Source: a virus
Taxonomy: Duplodnaviria > Caudoviricetes
Virus record (IMG/VR): IMGVR_UViG_3300016722_000161
Coordinates: 1 to 56,113 of that record
Reading direction: 5' to 3' (one strand)
DNA: 56,113 nucleotides
In this document: positions 8,918 to 19,191 of the stretch, in pieces
How positions within the stretch are numbered: the stretch's first letter is position 1
Layout of the letters: each line of letters starts with the position of its first letter
Notes under the pieces: generated by a model
Told to the model about the DNA's origin: nothing
Databases searched by the model: none
The model's input: the letters and a program-made list of their open reading frames with translations, nothing else
Translations under genes and position numbers: made by a program

Positions 8918-10470
8918 ACGCCTCCTTGCCCGTTGATCGTTCCGGATAGCCCGCCGTCATAAATCAGGCTACTGCCGGTGATGACACAGGAGCCGACATC
9001 GCCGTAGGCGCTTGCTACTGTGACCGTGTCGCCGATTTCCAAAGCAGGGTTTCCACGATAGGACGGCGTATAAGCCAGCCGTCTCTGGTAGGCCGTCAAC
9101 AACCAGTCGGCCAGTGCCTGCCCGTCATACGCGCAAGGGTTTGTCACGGAGACAGCCCGGACGCTCTCGTCGCCCTCCTTGTTGGATGCGGTATAAACAA
9201 CCGCCTGTGACCCTTCCACATAGCTGTCCTGCACGCTGACCGCCACGGTATTAACGCGCTCGGTCACCGCAATTCCGGCAAGGCTTGTCATGTTGGACGC
9301 GGAAAACGCGTCACGGACCGTTCCGAGTGTCAAGGCACGGAACACCAAAGCGCCGTCCCGGTCAATCCAGCAGGTGCAGCGCGCCGCCTGTGCCAGGAGC
9401 CGTAGTGCTTCCCGGTGAGACGCATCCTCCGGGATCTGCTTTCCGACGGTACGTCCCGCAAGCTCGCTCGGGATATCCGTTTCAATATCCGTTCCCGCGT
9501 CTGAAAGAACGGCAGCCACGGCCACGGCCAGCGTCCAGCCTCCGCTGGCTCCTATTCGGCAAGTCGAACCGTCCAGCCATAGGACTTTGTCGCTCGCAGT
9601 GATGGACGCGGTCAGCGTTTCGTCCTTTGCTTCGGCGGAGGAAAAGTAAAAGCGGCCCATGCCGACCCATTCGCCAGAGCCGCGCGAAGAACCGAGCTGT
9701 ATTTCTGCGTCGATGGGCTGTCCCTCCTGAAGGTAAGCGTAGATTCCGTCAGGGTTGATGAGATTGTATTTGTGGTCTGAGTTATCAAAGGTGAACTCCA
9801 GCTCTCGGCTCGGCAGACTTGCCGCTTTCGCGTCGACGCCGTAGGAAAGGGTAGCCTTCGTCAGGGAATCCTTGTTGAACCGCTGGATGATACCGAACAG
9901 GCACTCGCTGACGCGCACCCTGCGGTTCGGTTCCGAGGTCTGAAGAAAGGTAAACACAACCCTACGGTATGCGTAGGACGGCAGGTAAATGGCACACATG
10001 GACTCACTGTTTCCCACAGCAGCGGAAGAAACAAGGCTGCCCACAGCGTCATACACGGCAACCTGAAATTTCACCGGCCACTGCCCGTGCGTCGCGTCAA
10101 AATTCAGTGTAAAACCGATGGAGGAGATATCATCCGAAAAAGTAAAGGTCAGCGTGGGCGGTGTTGTAAAAAAACCATCCGCCCCCGAAATCTCAGAACT
10201 GTACCACCCGGTTTGCAGCCCCGTGAATACGTCCGGCAGGATGTTCATCGTTCCGTCCAGCGTCCAGAAGTCCGTCTCCAGAGCCGGGAACTTGCCGTAT
10301 AGTTCGGAACTGCTGTCGGTCAGCTGCGAAAGCTGCGAAATAAACGCCGCTCCACTTGTACTTGGAACGGCGAGGGACGCAGCCTGCAGGTCAATTAGAG
10401 AGAATACCACGCGCATGTTGACCCAGCGGACGGACGTGTAGGGGTCATAGCCGCTTTGTACTGTCTGCAT
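8908..10470 (-). CDS. Baseplate hub / Tal-like tail protein
   Basis: WIDRDGALVF and YRGNPALEIGDTVTV motifs; second gene after the tape measure. Confidence 0.75.
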   Translation of the reverse strand: MQTVQSGYDPYTSVRWVNMRVVFSLIDLQAASLAVPSTSGAAFISQLSQLTDSSSELYGKFPALETDFWTLDGTMNILPDVFTGLQTGWYSSEISGADGFFTTPPTLTFTFSDDISSIGFTLNFDATHGQWPVKFQVAVYDAVGSLVSSAAVGNSESMCAIYLPSYAYRRVVFTFLQTSEPNRRVRVSECLFGIIQRFNKDSLTKATLSYGVDAKAASLPSRELEFTFDNSDHKYNLINPDGIYAYLQEGQPIDAEIQLGSSRGSGEWVGMGRFYFSSAEAKDETLTASITASDKVLWLDGSTCRIGASGGWTLAVAVAAVLSDAGTDIETDIPSELAGRTVGKQIPEDASHREALRLLAQAARCTCWIDRDGALVFRALTLGTVRDAFSASNMTSLAGIAVTERVNTVAVSVQDSYVEGSQAVVYTASNKEGDESVRAVSVTNPCAYDGQALADWLLTAYQRRLAYTPSYRGNPALEIGDTVTVASAYGDVGSCVITGSSLIYDGGLSGTINGQGGVWT

Positions 10471-10853
10471 CATTCCACCTCCTGCGCCGTCATGGAGAGG
10501 GTCACGCCGTGCCAGACCGCTTCTCCGTTTTTATAGGCAAAAACCTTCATATTGGGATATTCCACCTCAAACCAGCCGGTCGCGGAGCCACCGGGCGATG
10601 GGTACTCGACGTAAAGAAAAGGGTTCCCCCGCAGGAGTGCCGCCAGAGTGACAATGCTGCCTGCGGGGAGCCAGTCCCAGCTTGCCGTAACGACCGCCCG
10701 GTAACCGAGCATATCCTTTACTACCTTGCCGGAAGCCATCTTTACCGTGTTGGAGACTTCCTTAGCGCCTACCTGGACATCTTTCACGCGGGGCAGGGTG
10801 AGCGACTGCGACAGATCCGCGCTGTAAATCGTAATTTTATCCAAGGGCGACAC
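10470..10853 (-). CDS. Distal tail (Dit-like) protein
   Basis: Directly follows the tape measure gene; size and position fit. Confidence 0.65.
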   Translation of the reverse strand: MSPLDKITIYSADLSQSLTLPRVKDVQVGAKEVSNTVKMASGKVVKDMLGYRAVVTASWDWLPAGSIVTLAALLRGNPFLYVEYPSPGGSATGWFEVEYPNMKVFAYKNGEAVWHGVTLSMTAQEVE

Positions 10854-13395
10854 CTCGCTGTTTCGATACGCTCAGGAGCGGGTCGAACACCGTCTGCGCG
10901 ATTGTTTTGCCGTCAAGGTTCACCTGCAAAACGATGGTCTGGCTGCCGCTTCCCAGCAGAGAGGACAGGCCGCCGATCAACCCGTTCACAATATTTCCGC
11001 TCAGATTGGCGTTTACGGTCGTATCCACATCGGTGGGGATGCTGTCCTGAATCTCTTTGGAGACCTTACCCATTCCAGAGGAAAAGCCTTCGCCGAGTCC
11101 CTCCGCCATATAGCCGCCGATCTGGGCGAAAACCTTCGACGGAGAGTTAATTCCGAGTGTACTCTTTACGCCGTCCACAATGCTGGAGAAAAAACTCCTG
11201 ACCTGCGAAGCGAACCAGGAGGCCATGTTTTGAATGCCCTGCCAAATGCCGGTCACAATGCTTTTGCCGATATCCACAATCTTGTACATCAGACTACCAA
11301 ACGTGTTGACGATAGCGGTAACGATCTGCGGGACGGCCTTGACAATTTCGGTGATGATGTAGGGCAGATTCTCTATGAGGGCGATGAAAAGCTGGATGCC
11401 CGCCTCGACAAGGAGCGGAATGCTGTTAATCAGGGCATCTATGATGCTCGTGATAATCTGCGGTATCGCCGCGATAATGGCGACAATGATGTCCGGCAAC
11501 GCACCGATGAGCGCCACGAACAGATTGATACCCGCCTGAATAACGAGGGGCAGGCTTTCGGTAAGCGCCGTAATCAGGCCGTCGATTATCTGCGGAATTG
11601 CCGCCACGATTGCCGTTACGATATCCGGTAGCGCTTCAATCAGGGCGGTCAGGAGCGTGATCCCGGTTTCGATGATTTGAGGAATGCTGGAAAGCAGTGC
11701 GTCAATCAGGCTGGTGATAATCTCTGGCAGGGCGGTGATTAGTACTGGGATTGCGGCGAGAATGCCCTGCGCAAGTCCCGTGACGAGCGCCAGCGCCGCC
11801 TGTATAATGAGGTCAATGTTGGAGACAAGCGTCTGGCAGATATACACGACTGCCTGAACCAGAGAGGGAATGAGTTCCGGCAGGGCTTCCGCAATTCCCG
11901 TCGCAAGAGCGGCAACCATCTGAATCGCCGCTTCAATGATCTGCGGTAGGTTCTCAATCAGGCCCTCAACCAGAGCGAGGATCAGCTGCAGGGCGCCCTC
12001 CGTGATCTGCGGCAGGGCCGCTATCATGCCTTCCAAAAGAGTAAATACGATCTGGCCCGCCGTTTCCACGAGCATCGGAAGGTTATCCACAATTGCCGCA
12101 CCAAGGGAACTGACAATTTCCATGACCAGAGAAAGCATGGCGGGGACATACTCCATGATTTTATCCAGCGCTTTCGGCAGCACGTCTCCAACCACTTGAG
12201 CGATTTTCCCGATATCGCCGTTCGCTTCCAGAACGCCGTTTGTAAACTCACCAAGGAGTGCTGTTCCCTCACCGGCAAGGTCAGTCAGCACAGGTAAAAG
12301 CACTGTGCCGAGGGCGTTCTTGGCGGCTGTCGCCCCGACCGAAAGGTACTGAAGCTGATCGTCCAAAGCGCCATAGGCGGCAAGAAGTTTGTCGCTCATG
12401 ACATAACCAGCCGCCTGCGCCTGCTCTCCCAGTTCGGACATACGGTCCGCTCCCGCCTCGATGAGCGGGTTGAGGTCCTGCGCTGACTTGCCCAGCAGGG
12501 TCATGGCGAGGGCGTCGCGCTCGGTTTCGTTTTTCATGCCGCCCAGCGCGTCGATTACATCCCAGTAAACAGCGTCCGAATCACGGAGGCTCCCATCGGC
12601 GTTCGTAATGGCGACGCCGAGTTTCTTGTACGCTTCCGTATAGGAAGAGGAGCCGTCCTGAGCGGATTTCATGGATTTGATCTGCTTCGCCATAGAGCCG
12701 GTAAGGGTATCCACGGACACATCCACCAGTTCGGCGGCGTACATATACTCCTGCAGCTTGTCCGTTGCGATTCCCGTCTGTGTCGAGGTGGTCAGCACCT
12801 CATCAGCAAATGCGGCACCGGATGTGGACATATCCACAAGGGCTTTTCCGGCAGTGACAGCCGCAGCCGCGACAGCGGCAAAAGCGGTTGCCATAGCCGC
12901 TCCGACTCCCGCGACGATACCGCCCAAGCCGGAGAAGCGGTTCCCGGCGTCATCGGCGGTATCCGCGCTTTTGCCCAGCTCATCGCCGAAGCCTTTTGTG
13001 TCCCGCTCCGCTTCATCCATTTCGCCGCCGAGGGTTTCAAGCGACTTCTCGTTTGATGAAAGCTCGCGTTGCAGGTTGTTTAGGTCGGCTTTGGCGTTAT
13101 TCAGCTGAACGGCCCACGCCTGCGTCCGTCTGTCATTCTCTCCGAAAGACTCGGCGGCGTTGGCAAGGGCTTGTTCCAGCGTACCTATTCTGTTTTTCTG
13201 CTCGTCAATCTGCTTGCCCAGGACTTCATTTCTGGCGGTCAGGGCGGCGACGCTTTTGTCCTGTTTGTCAAACTCCGACTCCACCAGCTTCATTTCCGAG
13301 CCGAGGACTTTAAAGGACTGGTTGATGTCCGCCAGAGCTTTTTTGAATTCCTTTTCGCCCTCGACCCCGATCTTCAGGCCGAAATTATCCGTCAT
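10837..13395 (-). CDS. Tape measure protein
   Basis: 852 aa, MTDNFGLKIGVEGEKEFKKAL N-terminus, LPxII amphipathic repeats, LGINSPSKVF. Confidence 0.92.
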   Translation of the reverse strand: MTDNFGLKIGVEGEKEFKKALADINQSFKVLGSEMKLVESEFDKQDKSVAALTARNEVLGKQIDEQKNRIGTLEQALANAAESFGENDRRTQAWAVQLNNAKADLNNLQRELSSNEKSLETLGGEMDEAERDTKGFGDELGKSADTADDAGNRFSGLGGIVAGVGAAMATAFAAVAAAAVTAGKALVDMSTSGAAFADEVLTTSTQTGIATDKLQEYMYAAELVDVSVDTLTGSMAKQIKSMKSAQDGSSSYTEAYKKLGVAITNADGSLRDSDAVYWDVIDALGGMKNETERDALAMTLLGKSAQDLNPLIEAGADRMSELGEQAQAAGYVMSDKLLAAYGALDDQLQYLSVGATAAKNALGTVLLPVLTDLAGEGTALLGEFTNGVLEANGDIGKIAQVVGDVLPKALDKIMEYVPAMLSLVMEIVSSLGAAIVDNLPMLVETAGQIVFTLLEGMIAALPQITEGALQLILALVEGLIENLPQIIEAAIQMVAALATGIAEALPELIPSLVQAVVYICQTLVSNIDLIIQAALALVTGLAQGILAAIPVLITALPEIITSLIDALLSSIPQIIETGITLLTALIEALPDIVTAIVAAIPQIIDGLITALTESLPLVIQAGINLFVALIGALPDIIVAIIAAIPQIITSIIDALINSIPLLVEAGIQLFIALIENLPYIITEIVKAVPQIVTAIVNTFGSLMYKIVDIGKSIVTGIWQGIQNMASWFASQVRSFFSSIVDGVKSTLGINSPSKVFAQIGGYMAEGLGEGFSSGMGKVSKEIQDSIPTDVDTTVNANLSGNIVNGLIGGLSSLLGSGSQTIVLQVNLDGKTIAQTVFDPLLSVSKQRGVALG

Positions 13396-13407
13396 AGAAC
13401 CACCTCC

Positions 13408-13617
13408 TTAAATTCCGTCCGGGATAATGTCGTCGATAAACAGTTCTCTCTTGGGCTTCGCCAGCCCGTTCCACTGCTTGTGACACTCCCAAATGTCAAG
13501 TAGCAGTCCGACGGGCATAAGCCAAGTTTCATCTTCCGATCGGTTCAGATGCACCGTCCCGTAATAGAGAAGCCGGGTAAACAACTCGTCGTCGTTTATC
13601 CGGCTTACGTGTTTTTT
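13408..13617 (-). CDS. Tail assembly chaperone GT extension reached by -1 frameshift
   Basis: The -1 frame is open from the slippery A AAA AAC (13611-13617) to TAA 13408: HVSRINDDELFTRLLYYGTVHLNRSEDETWLMPVGLLLDIWECHKQWNG... Confidence 0.8.
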   Translation of the reverse strand, partial: KKHVSRINDDELFTRLLYYGTVHLNRSEDETWLMPVGLLLDIWECHKQWNGLAKPKRELFIDDIIPDGI

Positions 13618-13982
13618 GAGGGGTTATCCTCGCTTTCAATGTTGCGCTTCGACCCCTTTAGCATGGCTTCAAGAATGGCGCCTTTATAGGCAGAAAGCTC
13701 CATCGGTGACGTGAGCAGCTCAACCGTTTCTTCTGTAAGCAGTTCTCTCTTTTTTTGCGGGTTTTTCAGGTTGTGGATCAAAATGCTCTGATTGGCAAGG
13801 AGCGTAATGAGCCATACCACCTCATCCAGAGCCATTTCAAAGTTCTCGGCTTTCATGAGCTTATCGCCCAGGTCGGCAAGGCCACCGTAACGTTTGGCGA
13901 TTTCTTTTGTCGCGCGGGTAGTCAGTAGCATCTGGTACTCAACGTCGCCGATGCTGATTACAGCGCTTCTGTCGTTATCCAT
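13605..13982 (-). CDS. Tail assembly chaperone (G-like)
   Basis: Lies between the major tail and tape measure genes; ends at a slippery heptamer. Confidence 0.8.
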   Translation of the reverse strand: MDNDRSAVISIGDVEYQMLLTTRATKEIAKRYGGLADLGDKLMKAENFEMALDEVVWLITLLANQSILIHNLKNPQKKRELLTEETVELLTSPMELSAYKGAILEAMLKGSKRNIESEDNPSKNT

Positions 13983-13995
13983 GTGTCAGTCCTCC

Positions 13996-14586
13996 TTATA
14001 CGCCATCCGTGAAGGATGGCTCATAGACCTGTGCGTACCAACCGGTAATCACAGATGCTGGGACGCCCGAATCGTTCTCATTTACTTCCGCTTTCCACGG
14101 ATGGTTGCCTTGGCCGTCCTCTTTGTTGCGTCGGATGACCGTACCCTCAATAGTTGGAGTAGAGAAGGTAATGCTGTCGCCTTTGGTGGCGAGATTCGTT
14201 GCGGGAACGCCGAAAATAATGCGGTAGAGCCAGAAATAGCGGTATTTGCCGTTTCCTTTCTTGGCCCGGAATCCGATTGCCACGGGTGATCCGCCGTCCT
14301 CGCTTGCCGAAACCAGCACGTTGTTATCGTCAACGATGGCTCCGGTTAGAGCCTGCGCGGCAGTAATGCCGATATCGTCCACGCCGAGGGAGAGCTTGCC
14401 CTGCTTGAATTCTTTCACTACTTCCGCAGCAGCATCATCCGCGTACAGCGTGGCTTCAGCAAGTTCCACAGATAGGTCAGCCTTGATTGCTTTGGCGAGC
14501 GCGACAGGTGTGGCATAGGTTTCGTTGCCGCTGGCATCCTCGGTAATTTTTGAGTAATAAAGTTTATCCAGTCCAATGGTAGCCAT
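13996..14586 (-). CDS. Major tail (tube) protein, phi13 family
   Basis: MATIGLDKLYY...LYADD...AIGFRAKK...YFWLY. Confidence 0.9.
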   Translation of the reverse strand: MATIGLDKLYYSKITEDASGNETYATPVALAKAIKADLSVELAEATLYADDAAAEVVKEFKQGKLSLGVDDIGITAAQALTGAIVDDNNVLVSASEDGGSPVAIGFRAKKGNGKYRYFWLYRIIFGVPATNLATKGDSITFSTPTIEGTVIRRNKEDGQGNHPWKAEVNENDSGVPASVITGWYAQVYEPSFTDGV

Positions 14587-14588
14587 TG

Positions 14589-14927
14589 TCATTCCTCCAG
14601 TTCGTAAATTTTCGCCACATCGATGGCGTAGTGGTGGTAGCCGGTATCGTCCTCATGTCCGATATACCGGCGGTCGGTTATGGTGAATTCCGCGTTCAGC
14701 AGAGCGCGGACAATTTGATTTTTTACAGATGTGTAGCTGCCCTTATCAAAAAGGGACAGCCGCGCTTCCTGTGTTTCGTTCCGGGGTCTGTCGTCGGAAT
14801 ATAGTTCAAAAGTATCCGCCAGCGGTGTAATCACAACATATCTGTCTGGGGCGGATTTTGAAAAAACGCCTGTCTCAACAGGGACAATTGGTGAAAGGAG
14901 GCCGTTTAGTTCTTGAAGCAGGCTCAT
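14589..14927 (-). CDS. Tail terminator/completion protein
   Basis: Position before the tube gene; YIGHEDDTGYHHYAIDV. Confidence 0.7.
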   Translation of the reverse strand: MSLLQELNGLLSPIVPVETGVFSKSAPDRYVVITPLADTFELYSDDRPRNETQEARLSLFDKGSYTSVKNQIVRALLNAEFTITDRRYIGHEDDTGYHHYAIDVAKIYELEE

Positions 14928-15355
14928 ATGTTTTCGACCTCCTTCTCAAATGCCGCGATCATTGCATCAACGCAGGCGTTTTTGCTTGCCGATTTTGCGG
15001 GTTTCAGAAAAGGCTTCGGTGGCTGTCCGCTTTTCCCGTATTCCAGGACCCCTGCAATCATGGCGTTGCTTTTGCCGTCAGAACGAGGTTCTGAAAAGCC
15101 TACTTTTACATTGAAATTCCCGTCCTTATCCTGTCTTGCGGAGGAAACACCCAGCGCCGAGAGCAACTCGCCCGTGGAACGGCTTTCTTCCTTTGTGCCG
15201 CTGCCGATAACGGATTGCAGGTTGGACTTCACTTTTGCTTCCACAACTTCGCCGCCTGCTTCCAGTACCTTTGGAATGATCTCGTCTGTTTTCTCTCCGA
15301 GCCGAGCGAGCTTCAAAAGGAAGTCTTCTGGCATTTTCATAGTCGCTTTAGCCAC
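14924..15355 (-). CDS. HK97 gp10-like neck protein
   Basis: STGELL...LEYG..QPPKPFLKPA motif. Confidence 0.85.
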   Translation of the reverse strand: MAKATMKMPEDFLLKLARLGEKTDEIIPKVLEAGGEVVEAKVKSNLQSVIGSGTKEESRSTGELLSALGVSSARQDKDGNFNVKVGFSEPRSDGKSNAMIAGVLEYGKSGQPPKPFLKPAKSASKNACVDAMIAAFEKEVENI

Positions 15356-15680
15356 TGGGCTTCACCTCCTTGGCAAGCACCTCAATGTACATCCCGCGAC
15401 CTTTCACATCCTCGACCGAGGTGATTTCAAACCGTCCGTCCCCGTAAACAATAACCATCGCGGTTGTAACCGTAACGCTGGGAATACAGCGAAAGCAGAA
15501 AAGGTCGGTGGCTTCAGAGAAAGCGGCTCTGTTAGCCCATTTCTCGTTGCCGTGCCGACCCTCCCGGTACGCTCTGACAGACGCGATAATTTCATCCGTT
15601 TCGATGGAAAAGCCCTCCGAATCCTTGACGGTCACTTTCTGTACGAGGTCGATAAATGCGTTCATCTTGCCGAAGCTCAT
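15348..15680 (-). CDS. Head-tail adaptor / head closure protein
   Basis: MSFGKMN...FRCIP...FEITSVEDVKGRGMYIEVLA; position. Confidence 0.8.
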   Translation of the reverse strand: MSFGKMNAFIDLVQKVTVKDSEGFSIETDEIIASVRAYREGRHGNEKWANRAAFSEATDLFCFRCIPSVTVTTAMVIVYGDGRFEITSVEDVKGRGMYIEVLAKEVKPSG

Positions 15681-15682
15681 GC

Positions 15683-15991
15683 TCACACCTTCCAATCCCG
15701 GTCGAGCCGCAGAAGCAGATTGACCGTGTCCCAAACCTGCTGTCCCGCCTGAACATTGTCGGCAAAAAAGCCGCCCGTGCTGCCGTCCCTGGATTCATAG
15801 AAATGGGACGACAGCATAATGACGGCTTGCTCTGTGGTAGGCGGCATCTGATGGCCGGTGTAGTAGTTTTCTGTGAGATGCTGATAGCTTTCGGCGTATT
15901 TAACGGCGGCGGTGATGTACATCTGTAGAAGTTCATCGTCCGTCGTGTGTTCCAGAATGAGGTTCGCCTTGACTTTTTCAAGCAGTGTCAT
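15683..15991 (-). CDS. Head-tail connector (HK97 gp6-like)
   Basis: LEKVKANLILEH..DDELL...AVIMLSSHFYESR. Confidence 0.88.
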   Translation of the reverse strand: MTLLEKVKANLILEHTTDDELLQMYITAAVKYAESYQHLTENYYTGHQMPPTTEQAVIMLSSHFYESRDGSTGGFFADNVQAGQQVWDTVNLLLRLDRDWKV

Positions 15992-16009
15992 ACCGCCACC
16001 GTCCTTTCA

Positions 16010-17197
16010 TTAAGCCTTGATTTTCAGAATTTGTACGGCTTCGGGCAATACCAGCTTACCGTCAACGCGCTCTTTAGCAACGAATCCAACCATACCTTGA
16101 CCGGCGAACAATTCCTTGAGTTCCGCGAAAGAACGGGAGCCGCGGTCGCCGATGTTGTAATAGCTGTAGTCTCCGAATGCCATAACCGGCACTCCGGCGG
16201 CGATGACGGGAACATATGCCGAGGTATAAACAGGATATCCGAGCAATCTGTCCGGCTCGCCCGCCTGATAGGAAGGCTGCCAGATATAGGCGCTGTTGTT
16301 GTCCTTCAGTTTACGCAGCACGGAAAGCGTCTGGTCGTTGGTGATAAACGCCGCGTTCTTGCGGTACGGACGTTTCAGTGTGTACACAAGGTTAATCGCT
16401 TCATCGGCTGTAATGGAACTGCCGGAAGTGGTCACACCGACTTGTCCGCCGCCGGTTGCGTCGAAGATGCCGAGGGGCTTGCCCGTACCGTCGCCGTTGA
16501 GGAATGCATCCTCTTCGGTATTGCCGAGAGCTTTGGTAAACTGCGTCAAAATATAGTTTTCGAGGTTGAAAGCGTTGTCGTAGAGCAGTTCCTCTGTGAC
16601 TTTCACAGCGACATGAAGCTTATGCGCGTCGAGGATAATCTGCGCGAAGGTCGCGTCTCCGAAGGTAAGGGTACCGCCTTCTTCAATCCATGCCGCGGCG
16701 GGCTTCGTGGCAGCAATGTTGATTTTGTGTTCTCCGCTCGTTTTGATGGTAGTGCCGAGCTTACGGAAGATATTCTCCTCGGTCAAACCGTCAATAAGGC
16801 GGCTGTCATACTCATCGGGGACAAGATAACCGCCGTTCGCGTCGATGCCTTCCTGCAGGACATTGCTGATTCTCTTGAAGTTGGAGCGCAGGGCGTCCAG
16901 CATTGCCTTTTTGTATTCAGCGGCAGCCGTACCCGTCTTGACCTCCATGCCGGGAACAGCGGGTTTGCCGGTAAGCGGGGTATTCAGCGGCTTGGACAGC
17001 TCGCGATCGAGTGCTTCCTGCTTTTCCAGACGGTCGATTTCCTTACCGAGTGAGACGACATCGGCTTCCATTTTGTCGTATGTGGCGGTATCCTCGGCGG
17101 AAACAATGCCGTCCGCACCGCGCTTGGTGTCGAGGAAAGCCTTAGCCGCTTCCCATGCCTTCGTGCGCTTTTCGCGCAGTTCAAGAATTTTACTCAT
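16010..17197 (-). CDS. Major capsid protein, HK97 fold
   Basis: GGYLVPDE, AAWIEEG, FLNGDGTGKPLGI, FGDYSYY, RVDGK. Confidence 0.95.
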   Translation of the reverse strand: MSKILELREKRTKAWEAAKAFLDTKRGADGIVSAEDTATYDKMEADVVSLGKEIDRLEKQEALDRELSKPLNTPLTGKPAVPGMEVKTGTAAAEYKKAMLDALRSNFKRISNVLQEGIDANGGYLVPDEYDSRLIDGLTEENIFRKLGTTIKTSGEHKINIAATKPAAAWIEEGGTLTFGDATFAQIILDAHKLHVAVKVTEELLYDNAFNLENYILTQFTKALGNTEEDAFLNGDGTGKPLGIFDATGGGQVGVTTSGSSITADEAINLVYTLKRPYRKNAAFITNDQTLSVLRKLKDNNSAYIWQPSYQAGEPDRLLGYPVYTSAYVPVIAAGVPVMAFGDYSYYNIGDRGSRSFAELKELFAGQGMVGFVAKERVDGKLVLPEAVQILKIKA

Positions 17198-17218
17198 TGT
17201 GTTTTTCCTCCAATAAAT

Positions 17219-17917
17219 TTAGTGTGAAATTAAAGAGAGCCGCTTCTCCAGCGACTCAACGGGTGTGCCTGTTTTCGCAGGCGGCTTCTTGGGGTACAGC
17301 TTGTTCAAGAGAGCGTTCGTGACTGCCCGTCGGCCGAAAGCGTAGGTGATATCCTCGGTCTGCACACGCTTCTTTTCATCCTCCAGAACTCCGTCCGCAA
17401 AGCCCAGTTCAATTGCTTTATTGGCGTTGAGCCATGTTTCCGCGTCCATAAGGTGGGCGAGCTTTGCGCGGGACTGCCCGGTCTTGATTTCGTAGGCATT
17501 GATAATGCTTTCCTTGACCTCGTCGAGCATGGAGATCGCTTTCTGCATTTCTTCGCTGTCGCCGATTGCCACGGTCAGCGGGTTATGCACCATCATGAGC
17601 GCCGTGGGAGCCATAAGCACCTTAGTTCCCGCCATGGCGATAACGCTTGCCGCCGAAGCCGCAATGCCGTCTATCTTGACGGTGACCGACCCTTTATAGT
17701 CCATGAGCATGGCGTAAATCTGACTCGCCGCGATACAATCGCCGCCGGGAGAGTTGATCCAAATAACAATGTCACCCTCTCCGGCAGTCAAATCAGCTTT
17801 GAATGCTTTCGGGGTGACATCGTCGTCGAACCAGCTTTCCTCGGCAATCGTGCCGTCGAGGTAGAGCGTTCGGGCACCGGATTCTTCATCCTTTGCCCAG
17901 TTCCAGAATTTCTTCAT
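17219..17917 (-). CDS. ClpP-type head maturation protease
   Basis: INSPGGD, GIAASAAS, MMVHNP, ETWLNA. Confidence 0.95.
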   Translation of the reverse strand: MKKFWNWAKDEESGARTLYLDGTIAEESWFDDDVTPKAFKADLTAGEGDIVIWINSPGGDCIAASQIYAMLMDYKGSVTVKIDGIAASAASVIAMAGTKVLMAPTALMMVHNPLTVAIGDSEEMQKAISMLDEVKESIINAYEIKTGQSRAKLAHLMDAETWLNANKAIELGFADGVLEDEKKRVQTEDITYAFGRRAVTNALLNKLYPKKPPAKTGTPVESLEKRLSLISH

Positions 17918-19173
17918 TGGGTTGTTTCCTCCGTTCCTGTTGTATTTGCGAACGCGCCCGCGTCCTGTAATTTGGTCATCGCGCCGTTGATGAGATAGAG
18001 ATCGCCGCCGAGCTCCGCTGAAATACGGTCGAGGTTTTCAAGCTCCCGGATGTCGTTGGCGCTCATCCAACCGTTCTGTCTTGCCGTGGCGTACCCGTTC
18101 ATACGGCTTTGGTAATCGCCGCGAAGCAGCCCGTCCACATTGAACTTGATGAACACAGTGGGCTTTTCGCTCTCCATCAGCAGGGCGCGGCACATGGACT
18201 GCTCCCAGCGCACCACCCACGGGTCGAGTGTATATTTCACAAATTCCAGCGACTGCTGCTCGATGTTGCTGAAGGATGATTTTTCGAGGTCGGCGAGCAT
18301 ATGGGGCGGTATCCTGAAGATACGGGCGATTTCGTTTATTTGGAACTTCCGTGTTTCAAGGAACTGCGCCTGTTCGGGTGAGATTCCGATGGCTTGGTAT
18401 TTCATACCTTCTTCCAGCACAGCCACACGGTGAGCGTTTGTCGAACCCTGGTAGGCGGCATTCCACGATTCTTTGACCTTCTGCGGGTCCTTGATAGTGC
18501 CAGGGTGCTCAAGCACACCGCCGGGAGCCGCGCCGTTGGCGAAGAACTTCGCTCCGTATTCCTCAGTGGCAATGGCAAGTCCCACGGCGTTTTTTGCCAT
18601 AGCAATGGGCGAATACCCAACCAGACCGTCAAAGCCCAGACCGGGAATGTGCAGCACATCGGACGGTGCGAGGTAAACCTGGCTGTCTTTACCGAGCGTT
18701 GGCGCATCCTCGGCGCTTCTCTGATACAAATAAAAAAGTCGGCCGTTTGAATCACGGTCGACCGTCATTTTATTTGGCATCAGCGGATAAAGGGCGATTA
18801 CCTCACCTCTGGCGTTTCGGATAATCTGTGCGTAAGCGTTGCCCCATAATAAAAGATGACTCATCAGCGTTTCCCGGAACGCAAATGAAGTCATCTCAGG
18901 GTTCGGCTCATCGTGGAGCAGCTTATATAACGGGTGTTGCAGGTTTTTCTCCTTGCCTCCCGTATCGTTGTAGCGGTACACATGAAGAGGTAGCCCGGCA
19001 ACCGTTTCGGACAGTATTCTCACGCAGGAATAGACCGCCGTCATCTGCATGGCGGTATGTTCGTTGACCGGCTTTCCCGCGCTTGTGCTTCCGAAAAGGA
19101 AACTGTAACGGCTGCCGCCCAGACTGTTATTAGGCTTGTCGCGCGCCTTGAATATTCCTTGAAATAATCCCAT
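17914..19173 (-). CDS. Portal protein, HK97 family
   Basis: AVYSCVRILSETVAGLPL, LLWGNAY, VLHI, IARIFRIPP. Confidence 0.95.
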   Translation of the reverse strand: MGLFQGIFKARDKPNNSLGGSRYSFLFGSTSAGKPVNEHTAMQMTAVYSCVRILSETVAGLPLHVYRYNDTGGKEKNLQHPLYKLLHDEPNPEMTSFAFRETLMSHLLLWGNAYAQIIRNARGEVIALYPLMPNKMTVDRDSNGRLFYLYQRSAEDAPTLGKDSQVYLAPSDVLHIPGLGFDGLVGYSPIAMAKNAVGLAIATEEYGAKFFANGAAPGGVLEHPGTIKDPQKVKESWNAAYQGSTNAHRVAVLEEGMKYQAIGISPEQAQFLETRKFQINEIARIFRIPPHMLADLEKSSFSNIEQQSLEFVKYTLDPWVVRWEQSMCRALLMESEKPTVFIKFNVDGLLRGDYQSRMNGYATARQNGWMSANDIRELENLDRISAELGGDLYLINGAMTKLQDAGAFANTTGTEETTQ

Positions 19174-19191
19174 AGACATCACACTCCTTTA

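Noticed and set aside
11250-12150. Periodic repeats in the tape measure gene
   Set aside because: Ordinary amphipathic protein repeats, not a DNA array
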